NCBI RefSeq assembly: GCF_009914755.1
Contig: NC_060929.1
Length of the DNA stretch: 64,000 nt
Direction: 5' to 3' (one strand)
Source: the human T2T-CHM13v2.0 reference genome, Homo sapiens
Positions 38,771 through 53,669 of the stretch are shown here, piece after piece (within the stretch, counting starts at the first letter, position 1; each line of letters begins with the position of its first letter). The notes under the pieces were generated by a model. It did not search any database, had not been told where the DNA came from, and worked only from the letters and a program-made list of their open reading frames with translations. The position numbers and the translations under genes are program-made.

Positions 38771-39899
38771 AGTCTCCTAGGTTTTCTGTTGAACCCTTGC
38801 AAATGTCAGATGTTACTGTTTAAGGAGCCTGGCTACAGGCGTGACCTGAGATGCGGCTCCATGCTCACTAGTTCCCTTGCCATATGCCCATCTGCTGAGT
38901 AGAGAAGTCAGAACAGTAGACCATGGCTGCGGGTACTGAGGATCAGAGCTGGCAGGGAGCTCAGAGAGGCCCAGCTCCCACAAGCACCTGTGCCAGGTTT
39001 AGGCTGATTCCCCTGAGATATGGGCCTTCAACACTCCTCTGAGTAGCTTTTGTTTTCTTAGGCTTGAACAGGAACCTGCCAGAGCTGAGCATTTGATGGT
39101 GAGGAGCTTGGCACCCGCTACGGGATAGTCCTGGGCAAGTTAGTTTGACCTTCTGAGCCTGTTTTGTCATCTGCAGATGGGGCCATGATAGTTCTTATTC
39201 TTCAGGGCCTGAGATGGAGCATATAGAGCTCGTAGCATCACATCTGCTATACAATAAGCACTGAGCAGAGGGGAGCCTTATCATCCTATCCTGAAGGCTC
39301 CAGACAGAGGGCAAAACAAGGGTGGGGAAGCAAGCCCTCATTATGAAAATATTCTAGGACACAGAAAGGCAAAAGTCAAATAAAGGAAGACCCAACTATA
39401 ATTTGACACGCAGCAGGCCCTCCCTGGCCTTTGTGTTCTTCTTCTTTGTTTATCTATTTTGACCCTTCCTTCTAAATGTATCTAACCTTTTCTCAAATAA
39501 AGCAAGAAGTCCCTTCCCCACTTCGCCCCGAGGGACATGTGAGAGATTCTAAAGATGCTGTGATGTCCAGCTTCTTCTGAGAAAGGCAGAGCATCCCATT
39601 GCCAAGAGCATGGGCTGTCCTGAACTCTAAGTACCCTGGTCACAGTTTGCTGTGTGTTATGTTTAAGGCACATAATTAGTTGTGCCTTTTTCCTGAGGTC
39701 TTAAAAAAATTCTTAAATTCCCACAGAGTCTCTTTAAATCAGCTAAACAGTAAATTCTTTTTGCATTAACCTTAAGGGAACTGAGTGGTTTGTAGAAATG
39801 TCTCTAAGAATCAATCATTTTCCCGGGGCTGAACTCTGTTTTTGAGTCTACATCACCAAGAATTCCACCCAAGAGGGCAGCAGAATTATATTGCCCAAG

Positions 39900-40490
39900 G
39901 ACAGCGATACAGTATCCATGGCCCTTGCTGACAGCACCCTGATTTTGTTTAGAGCAGCAACAAACTCAGTTTCCAGTGGCAGACTCACTTTCCCAGACAC
40001 CCTTAGAACTAGGGGCAGTCTCGTAACACCTGGTGGACAAGGAGATGTGCACATCGGAGAGCTTTGGGAGCTCTTTGGAAGGTGTGCACTTTCTCCCTTC
40101 TCCCTTATTTCTACCTTGAACACAGACATGAGGTGTGGAACCAAAGCTGCCATCTTGAAAAGACTATGAAAAGCTGAAGAGAATGGAAAATAAGTTGTCC
40201 TGACATCCCTGAGCTGCTGGACTATCCCAGCACTTCCTGCTTCCAGCTGTATGATAATGTGAGAAAAACAAACTCCCTCCAGGCTGCGGTGGGAGTTGGG
40301 TTGCCTAGATGGCTGAACTGCTCTGGGGCAGATACATGAAGTGAGGCCATTGTGGGGCAGGGGGAACCCCTAGATATGAGCATCCCACCTCACCCTGGGC
40401 CTTTCATGTCCCACTGGGGAAAAACTTGTTTAAGTCACTTTAGTTGGATTTTTTTATTACTTGCAGCTTGAAGTATTTCTAAGTGGTAAG
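39900..40490 (+). mobile_element. MLT1J/K-like LTR with a ~150-bp internal insert
   Basis: agctgccatcttg...tgtgagaaaaacaaactccct [insert] ttgtttaagtcact...ttacttgcagc. Confidence 0.55.
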
Positions 40491-41260
40491 CAGAGCTGGA
40501 TGTAACCTTTGAAAACCGAGGTAGGGCAAACTGGGGAGTAAATTCAGGGCTGGATTTTCCTCTTTGATCATGGTCTTTCCACTCCTTCCGAGTTAGAGAT
40601 TGGCTAAATCACCCTTGGAAAGCAGCAGAGTATATCCAGAAAATCTAGATCAGGAAGTTTGGATAGGTCACAGACAAGACACATCTAGAAAAAGCAGTGA
40701 GGGTCCCTGTGTCATACATTTGCAGCTTTTCAGGGGAGGATGTCCTCAGAGACCACCCAGATCCTCATCTCTCCTCCCCTCCTTGGGTTCCCATTCGGCT
40801 ATGTCAAGCTATGTTACATTACTCACCATTTCCTGAACATTTTGTGCCTTGGCTAAGCCATCCGCTTGTCTCCAAAGCTTTCATCATCCCTTCTTCCACT
40901 CCCCTTTTTGGCTCATCCTTCAAGACCCTACTTGGTGACCTCTTCTGTCAGGTCCTCCTGATCACCCCCATGTGTCCCCACCCACACAGGATGTATTGCT
41001 CCTTCCCCTAGGTCATATCAGAACTCTACTCTGACATCTTTTCTAGCTCTCCTTCATCCAAGAAGTGCTTGTTCCTTGGAATAGCAGGATAGGCAGTTGT
41101 TAGCACATGATACTGTTATTCATTGTAGACACATTTATTTCACCCAGCAGAACAGGATTTCCTTCAGGACAAGATCAATTTATCATGACCACTTAGATTT
41201 TTTTCCAGAGCCCAGTGTGGTACACAGAAGACAGAAATCAGGACTTAAATGTTCAAACTT

Positions 41261-41540
41261 AGTGATGCTCAAAGTGTGTGCATGGGAATGTGGTTTCCTA
41301 GGAAGACTGCAGAAACTGCACACCAATAGGATTCCATGGTCAAACAGATGTAGAGAATGCCAGAGTGCACAAGGCCACAGGTCTCTACTGCCAGGTTTCT
41401 CAAAGCCTTAACCACTTGTGAATCACCAAGATAGAGACTGAGTATGCAGGCTTGCCCCAGTGGATTTGACCATGGGATTTCTTTCTCATGGAGAACCTCA
41501 AGGGGCTAAAGTGTGGAGGAATGTGTTTTGGATGCCCAAA
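41261..41540 (+). mobile_element. MER112-like hAT element
   Basis: ttccatggtcaaa...gtctctactgc...ttgtgaatc.ccaaga...agtatgcag...tttgaccatgg, internal inverted structure. Confidence 0.6.
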
Positions 41541-41699
41541 GTCAGACACTCATTCATTTTAAAAAGAAATAATCATCTGGTTCCTTTCTTAAGGTTTCCT
41601 AGCTGGTTGGAGGGGTAGATGGGACCTAAGATTGAGAGTTCTTGAAGGTATACCATGGGAGACCTCAGGGGTCATCAGATAGATGGTCAGTGAACTGTG

Positions 41700-41910
41700 G
41701 TTGACAGGCAACAATTTGAGGGGTCAAGAAGACCTGGGCTCAAATCTGGATTTTTCACATACCTGAGTCACATAAGCAAACACTCTAGACTCTTTCAGCC
41801 TCAGGTTTCTCATCTTTAAAATGTGGCTAATAATACCTATCTCACACAGTACTTGTGATGTCTCAAGGCTCAAACATGTATCAAAGGCTCAGTAAATGGT
41901 CGCTATGGAA
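41700..41910 (+). mobile_element. MIR
   Basis: agacctgggctcaaat...cagcctcaggtttctcatctttaaaatg..taatacctatctca. Confidence 0.75.
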
Positions 41911-43328
41911 GCCAACAGCATTCTCCAGGCTGCCTTGGATGTAAGGACAGATCCTACAGATATTGGAGGTAAACATTAAAGAAAAGTTAACATCCCTTTG
42001 GGTACACATTCCAAAGGTGCATAGAGATATAGCCAGGAAAGGTTCCCAGGTGAGAGTAAGAACTCTCCAGGCCGATGTTACCAGTGGAACAAGGGGCTGG
42101 TTCATTCTGGAATCTTCCTTCCTATACCTGGGGGCTGATGCATGAACCAACATCCCAACATTCCTTGGTCCTTGAAGCTGGCTTCCTTCCCCATCCTGGT
42201 GGCCATCTGTCTGAATAATCTGCACTCCAGGGTGGGTGGATGTGACATTCCTGTGACCCCACATTCCTCTCCTCCTCTTCAATCCACCTTAACCTGGTCC
42301 CTGCTCACCTCTTTAGCTTTTTTTCCCTTCACTCTTTCTGTCACTTAGTGTCTTAAGAACACTGCCCCTCCTTTACTTCCTGGCACCCTCAGGGCTCCTC
42401 CCTTGTGTCTGGAAGCCTTCCCTTCTCTTTGATGGTCTCACTCTTCCTTCAGGTCTCATTTCCAATGTCAGGCTCCTAAGAGAAGCCTTCTCTAAGCACT
42501 GCCATGATGAGTCACTCCTTTGTATAGCTTCCTCTGCTTTTTCTTCCTACCACACACTATTAACAACGATATACTTTAGTGATCTTTAAAAAATAATGTC
42601 TACCTCTCATTCCTAGGAGGGAAGCTTCATGAGGTGTGCTTTGCCTCATGAAGGGAGCCTCATCCCGGGGGCCCCTCATCCCGGGGGTCTCAGTGGAGCT
42701 GAGCACACCCATAGTTACCCATCAGATATTTGGTGAAGGGACTGATGCATGATGGGCTCTAGACAACATTTTTTGTTATTTCGGGGGTCCACGGATCCCC
42801 CAATTTTCTGAATGAGATCGCCTCCTTCATGGGTTTGGAAGGAGTGGACTGGAAACGATGGCCAAGGCTGCTTCTTCCCAGAGAGGGTTGTTTTTTTTCC
42901 AGCCTTGGCGTGTGAGTGGCCAGACACAGGAGTCTGCAAGAGGCCCCATCGTCAGCAGGAGCCTGGACCTCTCACACTCCACAGGGGACCTTTGGGCACC
43001 CCGGGAGAAAATTATCCCAACCTTTAATAGAGCATTTTCTGAACACCCAACACATTTTATTTTTAGACACTGCAAATTTTGGAAAAACTTATATTTTCTG
43101 TTTTGCTTCAGCTGCTGGGAATCTCAAGTTGGATTTGTAGCCGCTTCTTACAACCGAATAAGAGCTAAAGGCTTCCAGCTTGGGCATTAACCACACCCAG
43201 GATTCATTTTCCTTTTTTACCCCCATTCTCCTTTTATTCTGATTTCTTACTGTAATTATTCCACATCCTGATGCACGTATGTAACACCGTTGGCCATATC
43301 AAATTTTTTTCTGCAGTGATTCAGGTAC

Positions 43329-44147
<819 letters not shown>

Positions 44148-45218
44148 TAGATGGTCCAATATTACATTCCAGAGGTCTTGGGACCTGGGCACGAGCCGCT
44201 TCTCTCCTGAGATATTCTCCCGGAATAGACAGAGGTGTCAGTCAGCATGAAAATAACCTTGGCAGAGATCCCCACACCAGAAAGATAGCCACAAACATGT
44301 GTGTCAAGGCACATGGTTGTGGGGAGGGGGTTCTAAATTAAGCCTTGGGCTCTGTGTTCTATTGACTTGGGCCTGGTGGGGCCGACCAGTCCGTTCTGCC
44401 CCTTTGGGTGCACATCCCTGGTTTGGCAGATGCCAGGTGAGAAGGGTCTTGGGAAGGCCAAGGTGGAGGTGCTGCCAGGAGCTGTGGAATGACTTCCAGC
44501 ACTCAAGCACTACATCCAGGCCAGAGACAAACCAAAGAGGGAAAGATAAAGGGAAGCAAATGAAGTTCAACTTCTTGAATGGAACTTAGAGAAGCAAATA
44601 TAATGCCATTTTGGCACATGGAAAGGGTGCCATTAACATACTGACTGATTATTGAGATCAGAGATGATCAGAGGGATGACAGGGAACTGAGTTAGATGAA
44701 AATGATTGTAGAAACCACTGTGGGCTGAACCTAATTTTCCTCTGTGATGTAGCATGGTCTTCTTTTTAAATTTCATAATGATGTGAAATGGTGTTTTTGG
44801 CATTTGTGGGATGCCTAGGGCTAAGATGAACCTGAGAACTGGCCCCAGCTGTGTCGTCTCTGGTTATGTCAACTTGGGTGCATTTCCTCTCTGACTCTCA
44901 GTTTTCTCATCTGTAAAATGGAGATGATAGCATGGTTACCTTGGAGACCTACCATGTGGCTTGAAACTGACATAGCTGAGATGCCTGGCACTTGCAGGTG
45001 CTCCTTCAAGTGAAGCTTGATCTCTTCCTCCTTCTTTCTCTTCTAAATATCAAAGGAAAAATAGGCCTTTAGCTGAATACAATAAAGCATAGCTATCAGT
45101 GATGCAACGTTACCCCTAATGGTGGGCTGCAGTGAGAAAGCAAAGGAGTAAGACACAGTGAACACCTGTAATTGAGATGGCTTCAAGACTTCAAGTTGGA
45201 AAAGATAAAATAAATCCA

Positions 45219-45726
45219 TAAATCATTCTACTATAAAGACACATGCACACGTATGTTTATTGCAGCACTATTTATAATAGCAAAGATGTGGAACCAACCC
45301 AAATACCCATCTATGATAGACTGGATAAAGAAAATGTGGCACATATACACCATGGAATACTGTGCAGCCATAAAAAAAGAATGAGTTCATGTCCTTTGCA
45401 GGGACATGGATGAAGCTGGAAGCCATCATTCTCAGCAAACTAACACAGGAACAGAAAACCAAACACCACATGTTCTCACTCATAAGTGGGAGTTGAACAA
45501 TGAGAACACATGGACACAGGAAGGCGAACAACACACAACGGGGCCTGCCGGGGGGTGGGGGGCAAGGGTAGGGAGAGCATTAGGACAAATACCTAATGCA
45601 TGCAGGGATTAAAACCTAAATGACAGGTTGATAGGTGCAGCAAATCACCATGGCACATGTATACCCATGTAACAAACCTGCACCTTCTGCACATGTATCC
45701 CAGAACTTAGAGTAAAATTAAAAAAA
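45219..45726 (+). mobile_element. L1PA (PA8-10-like), 5'-truncated 3' end
   Basis: ORF2 C-terminus (acatgcacacgtatgtttattgcagcac) plus the G-rich 3' UTR; flanking aaatccat repeat. Confidence 0.92.
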
Positions 45727-46229
45727 TCCATGGGAGAAACAATTTCAGAATAACTCAAAACACTGCACAGTGTGAAGCAGGTACTCCCTCCTTTGGTCTC
45801 AGTTGGTGCCCTCTCCTCTGGATAGCCTCATCTGAAACCTGCGATGGGTGAAAGCCACTCCATCCCAGCAGGTTTCCCATCCTGGCACTGACACCACATC
45901 AAAATGATCTAATTGTGGTTCTGGGCCTCCTGCCTCCAACCTACTGTGAAGACTGCCTGGCACATAAACACTTCTTAAAATATGATAAGCTAGCATTTAA
46001 TGAACACTTAATACATCAGACAGCCTGTACCAAGATCTCTGTATTTGCCTCTTTTTTTCATGACAAAAATGCTAAGGTGCAGGGCATATTATTATCCCTA
46101 ATGTGTGGAGGAGAGAAGTGAGAGTCACAGAGAGAATATACTTGCCCAAGGTTAGTAGGGTGGCAGGCAGCAGAGCTGAGCTTCAACCCAGGAAGCCAGA
46201 GTTCAGAGGCACTGCGCAGAATCTCAGAC

Positions 46230-47410
46230 CCTTTGCAAACCATACATCCAATAGGGAGTTACTATCCAAAACATGTAAGGAACACAAATAGCAAGAAAAC
46301 AAATAACCCAATGAAAAAATGGGCAAAGGATCTGAAGAGACATTTCCCAAAGGAAGACACACAAATGGCCAACAGGTACAGTCTATGAAGAAATGCTCAA
46401 CATCATTGATTATCAGGGAAAAGCAAATTAAAATTATAATGAGATCACCTCACACCTGTAAGAATAGCTTTTATTAAAAAAAAGAGAGAGAAAACTAATG
46501 TTGGAGAAAATGTAGAGAAAAGGGAACCCTCGTTACATTGATAATGGGATAGCATAAATTAGTACAGCCATTATAGAGAACAGTATGGAAGTTCCTCAAA
46601 AAATTGAAAATAGAACTATCACATCATCCAGAAATCCACTTCTGGATATATGTCTGGTATGGTTTGAATTTGTGTCTCCACTCAAATCTCATGTTGAATT
46701 GCAAACCCCAATGTTAGAGGAGGGTCCTGGTGGGAGGCGACTGGATCTTGGGGGCTGACCTTCCCCTCGTTGTTCTCATGACAGTGAGTGAGTTCTCATG
46801 AGATCTGGTTGTTTAAAAGTGTGCAGCACCTCTTCCTTCACTCTTTCTTCCTCCTGCTCTGCTCATGTAAAATGTGCCTGCTTCGTCTTTGCCTTCCACC
46901 ACCATTGAAAGTTTTCTGAGGCCTCCCCAGCCATGCTACCTGTACAGCCTGCAAAATCATGAGCCAATTAAACACCTTACCTTTATAAATGACCCAGTCT
47001 TGGGTAGTTCTTTATAGCAGTGTGAGAATGGACTAATGCAATATTCAAAGGAAATAAAATCAGTATCTTGACAGATGTCTGCACTCCCATGTTTATTGCA
47101 GCATTATTAACAATAGCCAAGATACAGAAACGACCTAAGTGTCCATTGAGAGATGAACGGATAAAGAAAATGTGGTATACGTATACACAATGGAATCCTA
47201 TTCAGACACAAAAAAAGGAAATGCTGTCGTTTGTGACAACATGGATGAATCTGGGGGACATTATGTTAAGTGAAATAAGCCAGACACAGAAAGACAAATA
47301 CTGCATGATTTCACTTACTTGTGGAATCTAAAATAAATCGAACTCGTGGGAGCAGACAGTACAATGGTAGTTACCAGGAACTGGGGGTGGGGATGGGGAG
47401 ATGCTAGGTA
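46230..47410 (+). mobile_element. L1MA ORF2 C-terminus/3' UTR, interrupted by MSTA
   Basis: ORF 47068-47331 CTPMFIAALLTIAKIQKRPKCP is the L1 ORF2 C-terminus. Confidence 0.88.
46655..47040 (+). mobile_element. MSTA solo LTR
   Basis: tggtatggtttg...cctgtacagcctgc...tggactaatgca. Confidence 0.9.
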
Positions 47411-47791
47411 AAAAATCTCATACCCAACTTGCTCATTTCCTTCTGCATCCATGCCTACCGGGTGCAGTAGGATGGAAGCAAGGTTAGCAGGGCCCTGCAC
47501 AGATGCTGAAGGTTTCAAGAAGACACTGAGAGACCGCTGGGCCCATGTGCACTGAAGGCCTGGATGACCACAGAGACGTGGACATGCGGAACGTCCCTGT
47601 GAAAATAAATTGCTATAAGCATTTAAAGCAGCAGAAGTGAGCAGCAGAAGTAGGAAGACTGAGGAAGTTTCTATCATGGGAAACAAACTTCTCAGAGAAG
47701 TTCTTGCTCCATCACACAAGATGGGGGGCACTGGCTTTGTGTAAGCTCAGCAGGTAAGGTGTGGGCATGGCCAGGAGCAGGAAGGGCACCT

Positions 47792-47801
47792 GAAAGAAAA
47801 A

Positions 47802-47853
<52 letters not shown>

Positions 47854-47995
47854 AGAAAGAAGAAAGGAAGAAAGAAAGGAAGGAAGGGAGAGAAAGAAAA
47901 GAAAGAAGGAAGAAAAGAAAGAAAGAGAAAGGAAGAAAGGAAGAAAGGAAGGAAGAAAGAAAAGAAAGAAAGAAAAAGGAAGAAAGAAAGAGAGG
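47792..47995. repeat. (GAAA)n polypurine tract
   Basis: About 200 nt of only A/G. Confidence 0.97.
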
Positions 47996-48366
47996 TACTT
48001 GGGGGCTGATGTCAACCCTTGGAGCCAGATCAGCCATCACGAGCTGGGTGACTGAGAAAGTCACCTTTCCTCTCTGGCCTGCAGATTTCTTATCTGTAAA
48101 ATAAGGATAATAATAGTGGATACCCAGTGGAATTATTCCCATCATTAGAGATAATGCAAGCGACGATGCTTCCTCCATGGATATATATGTTGGTTTTTGT
48201 TTTTAGAAATTGAGAGGTGTTAATATGAATATTAATATTAGCATAAGTATTAGTATAAGCCTAGGTTTTGAATGGCCCTGCAAGCTCTTGGTGAAAATCA
48301 AGAGTGCCCACCTTTTTAGTAAAAGCTTTGGAGCCAGTCTTAGAGTGGAAGGTGGAGAAAGTTGCT

Positions 48367-48455
48367 GTGTGTGCACGTGTGTGTGCACGTGTGTGCACAT
48401 GTGTGAATACGTGCGTGCCTGTGTGTATGTGCATGTGTGCATGTGTGTGTGTGTG
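48367..48455. repeat. Compound (TG)n/TGCA alternating purine-pyrimidine tract
   Basis: Direct; Z-DNA-prone composition. Confidence 0.85.
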
Positions 48456-50229
48456 TTGCAGAGGTGTGAGTAGTTTCAGACATGGCTGAAGAATATGGTA
48501 AGTGCTATAGAGCAGGTCTGTACCCAGTACAGTGCAGCACACAGGAGGGAATTGTTACCTCTGTTAAAGAGCAGAGAAAGCTTTCAGAGGATGTGACCTC
48601 TGCATTAGCTCTTGGCAGATAGGAAGGAATCATCTGGGTAAAGAAGAGAGAGAAGTGCCAAGGCATGGTCTTGGCAGAACTTGGCTTGTTCAAGGAACAA
48701 GTTCAGAGGGAGCAGAGGCAGGGAGTGTAGAGGAAGTGGCAGGAGAGTGCTGTAAAGGTGGTCCAAGCCAGAGTCTGGCTTCTCAGCACAAGGCCCTCTT
48801 GGACATGCTGCCATGGGTGGACCCACCCTCCATCCTCCCAGCCACATCACGTGAGCAGCAGCTCCATGTCCAAACATCCATGTCTTCCTGGCTCTACATC
48901 TCTCCCAAGGTCCTTGGAAGTGGGGGGCATACAAATGAAGGAAGCAATGAAGGAGGCTTGAATCCAGGCAAGAACTCAGGGAGGGGAGTGGAGAAGACAA
49001 TGCTTTTTGAGATTCCAGACCTTGAGGGCCTACACAGTCTACACTATGAACCCTGGCAGGGTGACTTCCAACCATCTGCAATGTCTCCATGGCAATGGGC
49101 CATGGAAATTGAGGGTGGAGATAGTTCTTGGCGAGGCACGCCATGATCTGGTACGTCTCATGATTTTCCTTGGAGGCATCGCCGGATGTGCTGTCTGTCA
49201 TAGACGGTGCTGTCCACAGGGCCCTCATCAGCAAGCCCTGCCTCTGACTTGTTTTCCCAAAAGTGTAGCTTGATTTGCTCAGTGCCATCTGCACAACCTC
49301 ACTGGTCACCCCGCCCGCCATCTGTTTACAGGCTGAAAGACAGCTGGCTGCGGTGAGGGGACACTATGTGACCATAGAATGCACAACTTCAACTGCCTCA
49401 CCCTGGGGCCTTTACATCTGTCTCCCTGGGATCCCAGTTGAGCAGATGGACTTCAGGTTAGCATCCACTGTGACCCTGGCCTATGGTAACAGCAATGACA
49501 GTAACAGCAATGCCAGTGATCTAGTGAAGGTCAGTTAGGTACTAGGTACATGCGTATATCTCACTTAATCCTATAGCAATTCTGCAAGGTAGAGATCTTC
49601 CTGGTGAGGAAGCTGAGGCTCAGAAAAGTGATATGAATTGCCCAAGGGCTGCAGCCAAGTGGCAGAGCTGGGAACGAAGCTCCCGACTGTCTGAATTCAG
49701 AAGTACAGGACCTTCTAAACCAGAATGAATCTTCTCCTCCTCCTGGTGTTCAGGGCCCTTCAGGGGAATGTGCTGACCTCCCCATCTGGCCTCAGCCCCT
49801 GCCCTGCCCTCATGTCTGCAGCACAGCCATGACACTCTGCTGGCCCTTCCCAGACACCACACCCCCTTCCAGCCTCCACACCTGTGCCCCGGCGGTTCTC
49901 CCCACCAGCTCTGGGAGCAGCTCACAGAGGGACTCTGCCTGGTCTACAAAGTCAGCAAAGGAGTCCATTCCTTGGCATTTCCAGGGGCTAGCACTGCAGA
50001 GTCGAGGATGACACTTTTTATTCTAAAGGTATGTGCTCATTGTTAGAGATTCCCAGAGTACAAAAGTGCACAAAGTCACATCCGCCTCTCCTTCTCACAC
50101 CTCCTCCACCTCCAAATTCCACTCCCCAGAGGAAGCTGCTGGAGATGGGTGGTTTGCTGTGTGTCTCCAGATGTTTTCAAGACCATGAAAAGACACATAT
50201 GTATTTTTTACAGAAACCACACTTACAGT

Positions 50230-50640
50230 GGTCTTTCTCCCTTTGCCTCCCCTCCCCTGGCCCGGGAACTATTCTCTGTCTTTCCTTCCTGCCCTGCTCT
50301 GTGTCTGGGAGGCCAACCCCTACAGGTGGCAGCACCCTGCCCCCATGGCCTCTGGCTTCTGGGTGGGTTGGCTGGTGGGAGGCACTGCTGGGGGATGGAA
50401 GGGCAGGTGGTGAGAGAGGCCAAGGTATGTACTCTGCCTCCTTTCCCTCCTGCTTCTTCCCTAGCTGCCTGTGGTTCTCAAAGTGGTGGGACTCCCCGGA
50501 GGCCACAGCTCCAGCTCCCACTGGACTCCGGGAAACTTTTCCCTTCCCCAGGCCCCTGAGGCTGAGGCATGGCAGGGGCCTCCTGAGGTCACTGCTTCCT
50601 GGGTGCTCCACAGCTCCATTGATTCCTTTACTCCAGCCTC
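50230..50640 (+). mobile_element. LTR33-family ERVL LTR
   Basis: cctctggcttctgggtgggttggc..tgggaggcact...ggtgagagaggcc...cccctgaggctgagg. Confidence 0.6.
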
Positions 50641-51352
50641 AGCATGGTGCCTGGCCCCAACACGACACCATTTTCCCACCTTTCTACAGGTCTCATATTA
50701 GTACCTTCAGATATGCTCACAAAGCGAGCATGGTGCTTGTGTCTGTGAAAATTATAATCTAGAGTTTGAGACTGAAAAGAAACGGTGACCAGGTAAAGAG
50801 GCGAATATGTTGGCAAATGCAGATGGTAGCAAGGGCTGTGGGAGACGTGAGTGAGTTTCAGTGACAGAGACTAGCAGGGCTGACCGGGTGACTTCTGCCC
50901 AGCTCTGGTAAAGGTTGGCCAGTCTCCAGTCATACTGGTGGACTGTAGTCAGTTTCACCCAATGCCCCATTGATGGACACCCAGCTCTTGTCCACGGCTG
51001 TGCTACTTCAAATAATGCTGCACAACAGACATTCTTGTGCCTACGTCTTCGTACCTTTATCTTAACATATCTCAAAAGGAAGTTCCAGGTATGGAACTGC
51101 TGGAACTGTGGTTGGATGGGTTTAAAATTTGCTGGATTCAATAAATGATGCTGAAGGAGTGTCTCTCCCCACAGAGGCCCACGTGAGAAGTAGCCACAAC
51201 TTGTTTGCCCTCTAAGGAGCCAGAGGAAGTCTTGTCCGGGACTGAGGGCTTGGCCAGAGGTAAGTCCATCCAGCCTTCCTGGAACTGAAGCCACTTCATA
51301 GACTTTCCCCTTTTAAAATTACTTCTCCTTTTCAAATCTTTAAAAATATTTA

Positions 51353-51655
<303 letters not shown>

Positions 51656-52227
51656 TTAAAAATACTTTCTCCTTTTAAGTTATTGTAATGGCAATAACAC
51701 CACTTGCTCACCATCACCTTTCCTGCCCGCCATGACCATCTTTCTTCCGACGAACCTTGGTGTTGATACAAGAATGTGGCAACCAAATACCAAAGAGATT
51801 TTTTTTTTTTTTCTAATGAGATTCAAGAAAAAAGCCTGGAAGCAATGACTCCTTCAAACTTCCCAGTGATTCGGTTTGAATGAGTGAAGTTTTAAGGAGC
51901 ATCTCCTCTGTGCCAGGTTCATGCTGGTGCTGAACATGAATGAATGAGATGCTGCCCCCCTCCCCTCTTCCCACAAGGAGCTCATGGTCTGGGGAGGAGA
52001 GTGGAAGGGAGTGGGAGAAGTGGTTTCCAAACCTGTATAGCAGAATCATCTGGGAGGTTTTCAAAGACACGGGTCCCTGGGGCCCACACTGGGTGCTTTC
52101 AGTTCAACAGGCCTATGTCTCAGGAGTGTTCAAAGCCCCTTAGATGCCTCTGACACCCAGGGCAGGGTGTGAGCTGTGGCTGTGACAGATGTCTGCACCA
52201 GTAAACAACACGGTTGCTTGTGTAATG

Positions 52228-52520
52228 TAGAGGTGGCCGACCTGGATGATCCAAGTGTTGAGCCTGGTATTTTGCATGATCCATAGTTTGGGCTTGGAGA
52301 TTTTAAAAAAAGAAATTATTTTCCAGCTTCTGAAAATCAAGGGATCTCTCATTCAAATCCGGATTTCGCCTCATTAGAAAGATCCGGACAACTAGCTACA
52401 ATACTTGGCCTATCAGATGGGGCACCTGCTCTCAGTTTTACAGTCTCACCATTCTCTAGCCTCTCTCTCTTTACATTGCCAGTAGCCCTGTTGTCAGTGG
52501 ATTGACATCACTCTCTTTCT
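52228..52520 (+). mobile_element. MER102-like hAT element
   Basis: aaaatcaagggatctctc..aaatccggattt...gatggggcacctgctctc. Confidence 0.55.
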
Positions 52521-52528
52521 TATGATAG

Positions 52529-52919
<391 letters not shown>

Positions 52920-53142
52920 TTTTTTTTTTTTTAATGAAAGAGAATATGTCTTTCTGGAAGTGTTTAATAGACACAACAAATGTGTCAAAAGAATATGAGC
53001 CAGCCCATTTTCCTCATTTATTTGCCCAGCCTGCCCTCCAGGCACCAGAGCTCAGATTCCTTTAGTCCCTTTGGTCATTAACTCACCATGTCACCTTGGA
53101 CACAGTATTTAGTATTTAGTTTCTCTTGGTTACTTTGTAAAA

Positions 53143-53366
53143 CAATGGTTCTTGACTGAGGGAAATCCTGTCCCCTCTGCAAACGTTCAATGTCTTGAGG
53201 CATTTCTGGTTGTCACAGTTGGTCAGTTGGAGGGAGGAGCTGCCATGGGCATCTAGTGGGCAAAGGCCAGGGATGCTGCTAGACCTACTGCAATGTACAG
53301 GGCAGCCCCCTACAACAAAGAATTATCCAGCCCCAAATGTCAGCAGTGTTGAGGAGAAAAACCCTG
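53143..53366 (+). mobile_element. MER20 DNA transposon
   Basis: ggcatctagtgggcaaaggccagggatgctgct...aaagaattatccagccccaaatgtc. Confidence 0.85.
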
Positions 53367-53669
53367 CTCTAAAATGAGGGGGCCCAACCCTTCCAGCTTG
53401 GATGGCTTTCAGTTTTGGGGGCTTCCAAAGCCTCAGGAGCAGGTGGAACCTGGAAGCGTAAGTAGAATGGGAGGCAGGGAGAGGGCGTTCTGGTCGAGAT
53501 GGGGCAGGCAGTGGATAGAGGTGGGGAGAAGGCCAGTGCAGGGTCTGACCAGGGAATGAGGAGTGGTCTGGTTTGTCTGGGTATGGGGGCTGTGTAGAGA
53601 TCGCTGTCCCTGGAGAGGCTGGGGCCCAACTAGTTGCGGTAGTGTTTTCAGTGCATGGGGTGGGATGGA

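Noticed and set aside
47068-47331. ORF with real protein similarity
   Set aside because: Dead L1 ORF2 C-terminal fragment, interrupted upstream by MSTA
47692-48178. F/L/S-rich 'membrane' ORFs and the K/E/R-rich ORF
   Set aside because: Translation of the (GAAA)n tract
49205-49228. REST/RE1-like GGTGCTGTCC
   Set aside because: Only one half-site matches; the GTGCTGA half is absent at canonical spacing
48605-49321. 238-aa minus-strand ORF
   Set aside because: No recognisable domain, partly overlaps an L2 remnant; a chance ORF in GC-richer DNA
50031-50762. 243-aa plus-strand ORF
   Set aside because: Mostly an LTR33-family LTR; low-information Pro/Gly-rich translation
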